64,000 nt of DNA, taken from the NCBI GenBank assembly GCA_965219995.1, contig CBDCOX010000002.1, positions 4,384,001-4,448,000 on the forward strand. The letters are read 5' to 3'. How positions within the stretch are numbered: the first letter of the stretch is position 1; every line of letters starts with the position of its first letter. The notes below the pieces were generated by a model. It was given only the letters and a program-made list of their open reading frames with translations. It was not told the DNA's origin and searched no databases. Shown in pieces: positions 56,692-64,000 of this stretch. The DNA is from Candidatus Latescibacterota bacterium (GTDB taxonomy: Bacteria > Latescibacterota > UBA2968 > GCA-2709665). The position numbers were made by a program, and so were the translations under genes.

Positions 56692-58119
56692 ATGAAAACA
56701 ATGTGGATTATGAAGTTCGCGGTGATTCTCGCCTGGACGGCGGCGGGCGCGGGCGCGGAGGAGACCTCGATGTGGGGATTCACGCCCTCGCGAAACCTCG
56801 TATCGGACGAAACGAACCTGCCAACCCATTGGAATACGGCCACCGGCGAGAACATCAGGTGGAAGGCCGCCCTCGGCTCCCAGTCCTACGCAGGACCGGT
56901 ACTGCTGGGCGGCAAGGTATTCATGGGGACGAACAACCACGCCGAACGGAATCCGGAAATCAAGGGCGACCGCGGCGTGGTGATGGCGTTCCGGGAATCG
57001 GACGGAGAATTCCTGTGGCAGTCCGCCCATCCGAAGCTGCCCGCCGGACGGGTGAACGACTGGCCGCTGCAGGGAGTCTGTTCCACGCCATTCATTCAGG
57101 GCGATCGCCTGTTCTACGTTTCCAACCAGGGCCGCGTGGTCTGCGCGGATACGGAGGGTTTCCTGGATTCGGAAAACGACGGGGCGTACCAGGGCGAAGA
57201 CGTGACCGGCGCCACCGGAGTGGATATCGTCTGGGAATACGATATGATGAACGAGCTGGACGTGTTCCCCCACAATCTGGCCACGTGTTCGCCCGTGGGA
57301 GCGGACGGCATGCTGTTCGTCATTACCAGCAACGGCGTGGATGAAGGCCACGTGGCGATCCCGTCGCCGTTTGCGCCCAGCTTCATTGCCCTCAGCCTGA
57401 AAACCGGGGAACTCGTCTGGGAAAAGGCCTATCCCGGCACGAATATCCTGCATGGGCAGTGGGCCAATCCGGCCTACGGAACGATCAGCGGCATACCCCA
57501 GGTTATCCTGCCGGGCGGGGACGGCTGGGTCTACGCCGTGGCGCCGAAGACGGGCGAACTGGTCTGGAAGTTCGATTGCAATCCGAAGGACTCGGTATGG
57601 GAGCTTGGCGGACGGGGTACCCGCAATGCCATCATAGCCACACCGGTGATTTATGACGACAAGGTGTTTATCGGCGTGGGACAGGACCCGGAACACGGGG
57701 AAGGCGTGGGGCATCTCTGGGCGATTGACGCGACCGGAACGGGCGACGTTACGGACACCCACGCGGTCTGGCATCTGGGAGGCGAGGCGTTCAACCGGAC
57801 GATGTCGACGGTCGCCATCCACGACGGGCTGCTGTACGCGGCGGACCTGAGCGGATTCGTCTATTGTCTGGATCTGGAGACAGGAAAGCCGCACTGGACC
57901 TACGATGCCTACGCCGCCATCTGGGGATCGCCGTTCGTGGCCGACGGAAAGGTCTATATCGGCGACGAAGACGGCGACGTGATGATCTTCAAGGCATCCT
58001 CGAAGCTCGAGAAGATCAACGAAATCAACATGGGCAGCGCGGTATATACAACACCCGTGGCGAAAGACGGGGTGTTGTACATCGGGACCCGCAACACGTT
58101 GTACGCAATCGGGAAATAA
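56692..58119 (+). CDS. PQQ-binding-like beta-propeller protein
   Basis: Signal peptide; MWG.TPSRN, ENIRWKA.LGSQSY; repeated LD..TG..W blades. Confidence 0.85.
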   Translation: MKTMWIMKFAVILAWTAAGAGAEETSMWGFTPSRNLVSDETNLPTHWNTATGENIRWKAALGSQSYAGPVLLGGKVFMGTNNHAERNPEIKGDRGVVMAFRESDGEFLWQSAHPKLPAGRVNDWPLQGVCSTPFIQGDRLFYVSNQGRVVCADTEGFLDSENDGAYQGEDVTGATGVDIVWEYDMMNELDVFPHNLATCSPVGADGMLFVITSNGVDEGHVAIPSPFAPSFIALSLKTGELVWEKAYPGTNILHGQWANPAYGTISGIPQVILPGGDGWVYAVAPKTGELVWKFDCNPKDSVWELGGRGTRNAIIATPVIYDDKVFIGVGQDPEHGEGVGHLWAIDATGTGDVTDTHAVWHLGGEAFNRTMSTVAIHDGLLYAADLSGFVYCLDLETGKPHWTYDAYAAIWGSPFVADGKVYIGDEDGDVMIFKASSKLEKINEINMGSAVYTTPVAKDGVLYIGTRNTLYAIGK

Positions 58120-58187
58120 GCGGAACGCAACGGCCGGGCGACCCGTCAGCCGAATTCAGGCAACCCGTTTCCGGAACAGGACAGAAG

Positions 58188-58922
58188 ATGCTGCTGGAGA
58201 GTAAGGTGGTTCTTGTGACCGGGGGGGCCTCGGGCATCGGACGCGCGGCGTGCTTGTGCTGTGCGCGGGCAGGCGCCCGCGTCGGGGTGGCGGACTGTGA
58301 TCGGGAAGGCGTTGCGGCAACGGTTCGTGAAATCGGCGGTTCAGCCGGCGGTGCCCGGGGTTTCCACGTCGACGTTCGCGAGGAAGCCGGGGTCCGGACG
58401 ATGGTGGATGACATGGTCCGTACGTTCGGTCGGATCGACGGCCTGATTCATTCCGCGGGGATACTGGACGGCGCGCTGGTGCCCGTCGATCTGTTCGAAG
58501 CGGAGACATGGGACCGGGTGGTCGACGTCAACATGAAGGGCAGTTTTCTGCTGTGCAAACACGCGACGCCGGTCATCGAGCGGTCCGGCGGCGGCGTGCT
58601 CGTGCTGGTTTCTTCCGGCGCCGGGGTGCGGGGAGGCAGTTCGTCGGCGGCGTACGGATCGAGCAAAGGCGGCGTGCACGGGCTCTCTCTGGTGCTTGCG
58701 CCGCAACTGGCGCCGAGGGGAATCCGGGTACACGCGTTGTGTCCCGGGAGCCTCGACACGCCCTTGAAGATCGTCGCGCTGAGAAAACAGGCTGAAACGG
58801 AAGGGCGATCACTGGAGGCGTTGAGAGCGGGACTGGGCGATCCCGAAGGCGTGGGCAAAGTGCTGGCGTTTCTGGTTTCCGACGATGCGGACTACGTGAG
58901 GGGGACCGTCCATACGCGATGA
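58188..58922 (+). CDS. Short-chain dehydrogenase/reductase
   Basis: TGGASGIG, YGSSK; start at MLLESK (ORF track 57864). Confidence 0.9.
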   Translation: MLLESKVVLVTGGASGIGRAACLCCARAGARVGVADCDREGVAATVREIGGSAGGARGFHVDVREEAGVRTMVDDMVRTFGRIDGLIHSAGILDGALVPVDLFEAETWDRVVDVNMKGSFLLCKHATPVIERSGGGVLVLVSSGAGVRGGSSSAAYGSSKGGVHGLSLVLAPQLAPRGIRVHALCPGSLDTPLKIVALRKQAETEGRSLEALRAGLGDPEGVGKVLAFLVSDDADYVRGTVHTR

Positions 58923-59040
58923 GATGGATCGGACGTCCGTTCAGCCCGCCCGGTCGTCGAGACCGGCCGCGAGCGAGCGGGCAATCGGGTCCCTGCGCTC
59001 CCGGCGAGCGAATCGAAAATACGGGAAAGGGAGGCAACGA

Positions 59041-60324
59041 ATGCAGCGCACGATGAAAATCGCGCTGATCGGCGCGGGGATGTTCGGCGGCGACGTACAT
59101 GCCAGGGCATTCGCCGATCTGCAAAGGATGGGAATCAGTGGAAATCTGGGACGGGTCGGGCTGGACCGGTGGGCGCGGGACCTGGCCGGCATACAGTTCG
59201 ATCTGGTGGCCGTGGCCACGCGGTCCCGGGCATCGGCCGAGCGGGCGCGTGAGAACTTCAGGGCATCCACGGGGCGTGAGCCGGGAGCCTATTGGGGTGA
59301 AAAGCCCTGGGAAGACGTGCTGCGCGATTTTCCGGACCTTGACGTTATGGCGGTGGTCACACCGGACCATCTGCATACCGAAGTGACGCTGGCCGCGCTG
59401 CGGAACGGGACGCACGCGGTGATGGAAAAGCCGATGTGCCTGTCGATCGAGGAGGCGGACGAGATCATCGAGCTGGCCGACGCAAAGGGGCTGGTGGTCT
59501 GCGTGGATATGCACAAGCGGTACGATCCCGACCATCTGCGGGTCCAGTACGACATCTCCACGAGGATTGGAGAGCCGCTCTACGGTCAGGCCGGGCTCGA
59601 AGAGCCGCTGGAAGTGTCCACCAGCACGTTCAAGTGGGCGGAACAGAGCGATCCGTTCAGTTACGTCGGTCCTCACTGGACGGACCTGATCTATAATTAT
59701 TACAGGAGCAAACCGGTCGCGCTTTCCGCTGTCGGTCAGAAGAAACGGCTTGTTCGCGAAGGCATCGACGCCTACGACGCGGTTCAGGTGCGGGTTGAAT
59801 TCGAAAACGGAATGAGCATCTATTTCCACAATAACTGGATCACGCCCGACGATTTCGAGGGCCCCGTGAATCAGGGCCATGAAATCGTGGGAACCGACGG
59901 CAAGGTGGAGTCGGACCAGCAGTACCGGGGCTTCCGATTCTGGTACAACGGGGGCGGCAGCCGCACGGTGAACAACCACATGACGCGGGACGTCAGCCGG
60001 CCGGACGGCTCGGAGGCGTATATCGGCTACGGCGTGGACAGCATCACGGTGGGACTGGTCGCCGCCTGCCGCATCAAATTCCTTGGGGAGACGCGGGAGG
60101 ACGTGGACGGGATCTATCCGACCGCGGCGGACGGCCGGATAACGGTCGCGATCGTCGACGCGGCCAGGCGGGTGCGGGACCTGAATTTCAAGTATCTGCA
60201 GGAAGGCAAGGGGACTCCGGTGACGGCCCGATTCGGGGACGACGGCATCACCATAATCGATCCTTACCGGATTGACGAGGGACCGGAAGCGGTCTTTCAG
60301 CGCATTTACAAAAAGCCTGTATAA
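59041..60324 (+). CDS. Gfo/Idh/MocA oxidoreductase (long form)
   Basis: ALIGAGMFG, TPDHLH, MEKPM, HKRYDP; GGAGG RBS. Confidence 0.85.
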   Translation: MQRTMKIALIGAGMFGGDVHARAFADLQRMGISGNLGRVGLDRWARDLAGIQFDLVAVATRSRASAERARENFRASTGREPGAYWGEKPWEDVLRDFPDLDVMAVVTPDHLHTEVTLAALRNGTHAVMEKPMCLSIEEADEIIELADAKGLVVCVDMHKRYDPDHLRVQYDISTRIGEPLYGQAGLEEPLEVSTSTFKWAEQSDPFSYVGPHWTDLIYNYYRSKPVALSAVGQKKRLVREGIDAYDAVQVRVEFENGMSIYFHNNWITPDDFEGPVNQGHEIVGTDGKVESDQQYRGFRFWYNGGGSRTVNNHMTRDVSRPDGSEAYIGYGVDSITVGLVAACRIKFLGETREDVDGIYPTAADGRITVAIVDAARRVRDLNFKYLQEGKGTPVTARFGDDGITIIDPYRIDEGPEAVFQRIYKKPV

Positions 60325-60416
60325 CGGCGGACCGCAGCGGGCCGTGAGAGACGCCGCGCGCCCGGGCGCCCGCGGCGATCGCGGCTCGTCGTTTTTTTAA
60401 TTTCCAGGAGGATTCG

Positions 60417-61787
60417 ATGGGCAGGGAGTTCGATATCACGCCCCGGGACGTTCCCCGCGTGGACACGAAATACAGGCGAATCGTCTCCAGATTGCCGCAT
60501 CCGGATTCGATTCCCGTGCTCGAGGCCTTGCGCACTTTTGAGCCGACTTCCATGCGGGGACAGCCGCCGGTCGTATGGGACCGCGCCGAGGACGTCTGTG
60601 TCTACGACAGGTACGGGAACAGGTGGCTGGATTGGAGTTCCGGGGTGCTGGTGACCAACGCGGGCCATGGGATGCCGGAGGTGCGGAAGGCGATTCTGGA
60701 CCAGGTCAACAACGGACTTCTGCACAGTTACGTGTTCCCGAACGCCGCGAGGGCGAAGCTCGCGGAATTCCTGGTTCGACTGGCGCCAGAAGGGTTGGAC
60801 AAGGTGTTTCTGTTGACAACGGGGTCGGAGGCCACCGAAAATGCGATCAAGCTGGCCCGGACCTGGGGAATCAGCCAGGGCGGGAGCCGCAAGATCGGGA
60901 TCGTGGGTTTTGAGCGGGGATTTCACGGGCGCACGATGGGGGCGCAGCAGGCCGGCGGCATGCCCGGGCAGAAGGACTGGATCGTCAATGAGGATCCCGC
61001 CATCGTGCAGGTCGCCTTTCCGGACGGATACTGGACCGGGAATACCGATTTCGACCATTTCTGCGCGTCCCTGAAGAATAGCGGGATGAATGCCGGCGAC
61101 GTCGCGGCGGTGATCGTGGAGACCTACCAGGGCGTGGGGCCGGATTTCCTTCCTGTCGAATACGCAAGAGCCCTGGCCGAATGGTGCGGGGCGCACGGGA
61201 TCCTGCTGATCTTCGACGAGGTCCAGGCGGGGTTCGGGCGTACCGGAACCATGTGGGGGTTCGAGCACTACGGCATCACGCCGGACCTGATCACGTTCGG
61301 GAAGGGCGTGAGCAGTTCCCTGCCGCTGTCGGGCGTGATCGGCCGGACGGAGGTGATGGACCAGTACCCTCCCGGATCCATGACCAGCACGCATACCGGC
61401 AATCCGGTCTGCGCGGCGGCGGCGCTGGCCAGCCTCAAGAAAATCGTGAAGGACGACCTGGCGGGCAATGCCGCCCGGCTGGAGGCGGTCATGATGGACG
61501 GTTTGCGAAAAATCCAGGCGCGTCATCCGCGCGTGATCGGGAACTGCACGGGCAAGGGGCTGGTGGCGGGACTGCAGATGGTCAAACCGGGTCTGAAAGA
61601 GCCCGACCCGGACCTTGCCTTCGACGTGGTCGAACGCTGTTTTCACAAGGGGTTGCTGTTCTTCGCGCCCGTGGGGTCCTGGGGCCAGACGGTCAAGGTC
61701 TCGCCGCCGCTGACCATTACGGCGGACGCCGTGGTCGAAGGGTTGGCGGTGCTGGCTGAGTCGGTGGACGAGGCCGTGGGAAATTGA
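60417..61787 (+). CDS. Class III PLP aminotransferase
   Basis: TGSEATE, FHGRT, FDEVQAGFGRTG, FGKG, THTGNP; AGGAGG RBS. Confidence 0.9.
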   Translation: MGREFDITPRDVPRVDTKYRRIVSRLPHPDSIPVLEALRTFEPTSMRGQPPVVWDRAEDVCVYDRYGNRWLDWSSGVLVTNAGHGMPEVRKAILDQVNNGLLHSYVFPNAARAKLAEFLVRLAPEGLDKVFLLTTGSEATENAIKLARTWGISQGGSRKIGIVGFERGFHGRTMGAQQAGGMPGQKDWIVNEDPAIVQVAFPDGYWTGNTDFDHFCASLKNSGMNAGDVAAVIVETYQGVGPDFLPVEYARALAEWCGAHGILLIFDEVQAGFGRTGTMWGFEHYGITPDLITFGKGVSSSLPLSGVIGRTEVMDQYPPGSMTSTHTGNPVCAAAALASLKKIVKDDLAGNAARLEAVMMDGLRKIQARHPRVIGNCTGKGLVAGLQMVKPGLKEPDPDLAFDVVERCFHKGLLFFAPVGSWGQTVKVSPPLTITADAVVEGLAVLAESVDEAVGN

Positions 61788-61901
61788 GCGGCGAAGGGGA
61801 TTCTCGAAAGCTGTTGGGCGATACAGGGTGCATGGTTCGCGAGTCATCCATCTCCATCCCAACAATGGCCCGTCGAGACCCTTTGCGGAAAACGATCTGA
61901 A

Positions 61902-61927
61902 GGTGGGGCGGACATTCCTGTCTGCCC
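61902..61927 (+). repeat. GTGG-type REP-like hairpin
   Basis: GGTG-GGGCGGACA-TTCC-TGTCTGCCC. Confidence 0.55.
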
Positions 61928-62012
61928 TTTCAATTGTCCCCCTGGCGGTGCGTAGACAGAAGCAAGACAGATCGGGATCGTCGCTGACTTCTGTCTGTAC
62001 GGAGGAACGACT

Positions 62013-63200
62013 ATGGATTTGTACGAGAAGTACAGGCTGACTCGCGTCATCAACGCGTGCGGCAAAATGACCCATCTGGCGGGAGCGATCGTACTGCCCG
62101 ACGTGGTGGAAGAGGTGACGCAGGCAATGGGCTGCTTCTACGATTTGGACGAGCTCCAGGACCGCGCGGGGGAGGTGATTGCACGCGCCACGGGCGCCCA
62201 GTGGGGGTGCGTTACGGCGTGCACGGCCGCGGGCATATCGCTGGGGGTGGCGGCGGCGATGACCGGAAACGACCTGGGCCGGGTCTGGCAACTTCCGGAC
62301 ACGACCGGAATGGCCGACGAGGTTATCATTCAGAAGGGACACGCGGTGAACTTCGGCGCGCCCGTGACGCAGATGATCCGGCTGGCCGGCGCCGCTGCAG
62401 TGGAGGTGGGGACGGTGCACCGTTCGACCGAGGAGCAACTCAGGCACGCCTTTGGAGACCGGACCGCGGCCGTGGTATTCGTGGTGTCGCACCACACTGT
62501 CCGGTACGGCGCCCTGCCCCTGACTCGCGTGGTCGAAATCGCACACGAACACGGCGTTCCGGTAATCGTCGACGGCGCGGCGCAATCGTTTGTCATCAAA
62601 GAAATCCTGGGCGCCGGGGCCGACCTGGTCGTCTGCAGCGGTCACAAGTATCTCTCGGGCACCACGGCAGGCGTGGTCTGCGGCCGTGAGGACCTGGTGC
62701 GGGCGGTGAACCTGCAGAACCGGGGGATCGGAAGGCCGATGAAGGTGGGCAAGGAGGGAATCGTCGGCGCGATGGCGGCGCTGGAGCACCGGATGCGCCT
62801 GGACGTGGCGGGCTGGGAGGCGGAGCAGAACCGGAAAATGGACCGGGTGATGTCGCGCCTGGACGGCATCGACGGCATCGGTCTCAGCGTGGATCCGGAT
62901 CCCAACGGGAATCCGTTCAGCCGCGCGCGTGTGTCGGTGGACGCGGACAGAACCGGATTGAGCGCTGCCGTGATCAACCTCGCGATGATGGAGGGGGATC
63001 CGTCCATCCGGCTTCGCGCGCACCATACCGACGAAGGTTATTTCACCGTGGATGCGATGGAGATGACGGACGAGGAGGTGGAATTAACGTGCGACCGGCT
63101 GGTGGGGCTGCTCTCGGCGCCGCCCGCCGAAAAAGCGACGTTGATGGAGAGATTCGGGGACGAGGCCGCGGTGCCCGCGCAGTGGTCGTGGCTGCGCTGA
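62013..63200 (+). CDS. SelA-like PLP-dependent enzyme (DgaE-like ammonia-lyase family)
   Basis: VINACGKMT, EVIIQKGH, IVDGAA, SGHKYL, IGRPMKVGKE. Confidence 0.85.
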   Translation: MDLYEKYRLTRVINACGKMTHLAGAIVLPDVVEEVTQAMGCFYDLDELQDRAGEVIARATGAQWGCVTACTAAGISLGVAAAMTGNDLGRVWQLPDTTGMADEVIIQKGHAVNFGAPVTQMIRLAGAAAVEVGTVHRSTEEQLRHAFGDRTAAVVFVVSHHTVRYGALPLTRVVEIAHEHGVPVIVDGAAQSFVIKEILGAGADLVVCSGHKYLSGTTAGVVCGREDLVRAVNLQNRGIGRPMKVGKEGIVGAMAALEHRMRLDVAGWEAEQNRKMDRVMSRLDGIDGIGLSVDPDPNGNPFSRARVSVDADRTGLSAAVINLAMMEGDPSIRLRAHHTDEGYFTVDAMEMTDEEVELTCDRLVGLLSAPPAEKATLMERFGDEAAVPAQWSWLR

Positions 63201-63288
63201 TCTCCCGGATTGGCGCTGCGCGTCCGCTCGGATCATCCACCCGCGCATCTCCGGCAGGCGCTGAGACGTGCGGTCCATCTCCGGCGCA

Positions 63289-63933
63289 TTACAGTTTTTC
63301 GACCTTCAGATTCCGGAATTTCGCGCCCGTGCGCTGCACCTCAAGCCAGATCGACACCGGAAACTTCGGATTGAAGGGGTGGCTCAACCGAACGGTTCCA
63401 CCCTCGACCGTGAAGTGCGAGCCGTCAACCGTGCAGACCACGTCGTACCATCTGCCCGCCTCGACCTGAAAATCCGCGTCGGACTCGACATTCCAGGGCC
63501 CGTAGATTCCGGATTCGTCGAAGACTTTGCGACCGCTGTCGATCTGTATGGAATGGGGCCTGTCGTCGTCCATCGCCACGAGCATATTGTCGCCGGCGGC
63601 GTCCACGAACCCCACGATCTTGCCGTCGCTCCGTGACCGCTCGAGGAATGACACCTGGTACCGGAGTCGAAACGGTCTGTCCACGACCCTCTCGGAGATC
63701 AGGTATTGAATCCGGTTGGAAGTGGGGCATACGATCGCGCCGTCCTGAACGGTCCACTGGTCCGATAGAGGCCACCACCCCTCGAGCGATTTCCCGTCGA
63801 AGAGATCCGCGCTGCCGCCCCCCACTGTTCGCCATCGATCCAATTCGACGTCGCCGCGTGACAGCAGAAGAGCGAGCAGGACAACATTGGCCAGCAGGCT
63901 GGCGGCGGTCAGGACTTTCAGTTTCATGAGCAT
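63289..63933 (-). CDS. Membrane-anchored protein with DUF1080/concanavalin-like domain
   Basis: N-terminal TM; LFDGKSLEGW, WTVQDGAI, I.LEV...AKFRNLKV. Confidence 0.65.
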   Translation of the reverse strand: MLMKLKVLTAASLLANVVLLALLLSRGDVELDRWRTVGGGSADLFDGKSLEGWWPLSDQWTVQDGAIVCPTSNRIQYLISERVVDRPFRLRYQVSFLERSRSDGKIVGFVDAAGDNMLVAMDDDRPHSIQIDSGRKVFDESGIYGPWNVESDADFQVEAGRWYDVVCTVDGSHFTVEGGTVRLSHPFNPKFPVSIWLEVQRTGAKFRNLKVEKL

Positions 63934-64000
63934 CCCTCAATTTCCCCCTTTGCAAACCCGTCAGTTGCCCAGGTGGGGCCCGCCGCCGAACATCCGGGCG

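Noticed and set aside
19219-63026. Long antisense ORFs (e.g. 19219-21462 +, 26266-28647 -, 50394-52580 +, 60306-63026 -)
   Set aside because: Shadow frames of real genes in high-GC DNA, with no recognisable motifs
62013-63200. True selenocysteine synthase selA
   Set aside because: Lacks the SelA N-terminal domain, no selB/selC nearby, and motifs fit the DgaE-like subfamily
63961-64000. 3' end of a minus-strand gene (...ARMFGGGPHLGN*)
   Set aside because: Too short to support a call

Overview
GC-rich bacterial chromosomal segment with about 55 genes and no CRISPR array, integrase or transposase. Its content (many Gfo/Idh/MocA and SDR oxidoreductases, HEAT, WD40, PQQ-like and SUMF1 repeat proteins, dockerin-like EF-hand tags) resembles Latescibacterota/Gemmatimonadota-type organisms; this is inference only. 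In order: an ABC-transporter operon with repeat-protein partners (1-6.9 kb); sugar/amine catabolic genes (8-25 kb); a GH106-like glycosidase; a co-directional array of small accessory genes with two toxin-antitoxin pairs (30-38 kb); housekeeping genes (trmJ-like, bioF, rfbBC, uvrA, hemL); and a second catabolic cluster (58-63 kb). Main observations: (1) an in-frame fusion of apolipoprotein N-acyltransferase Lnt to the Tat translocase subunit TatC; (2) a 67-nt tRNA-Arg(UCG)-like gene lacking the D-loop but keeping a promoter, paired stems, CCA and a downstream hairpin, just upstream of uvrA; (3) a mini-protein made of two McsA/ClpE-type zinc modules; (4) a possible 6S-like RNA; (5) six different REP/MITE-like palindromic elements. 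All calls come from reading motifs by eye; no database searches were run, so novelty is unverified.
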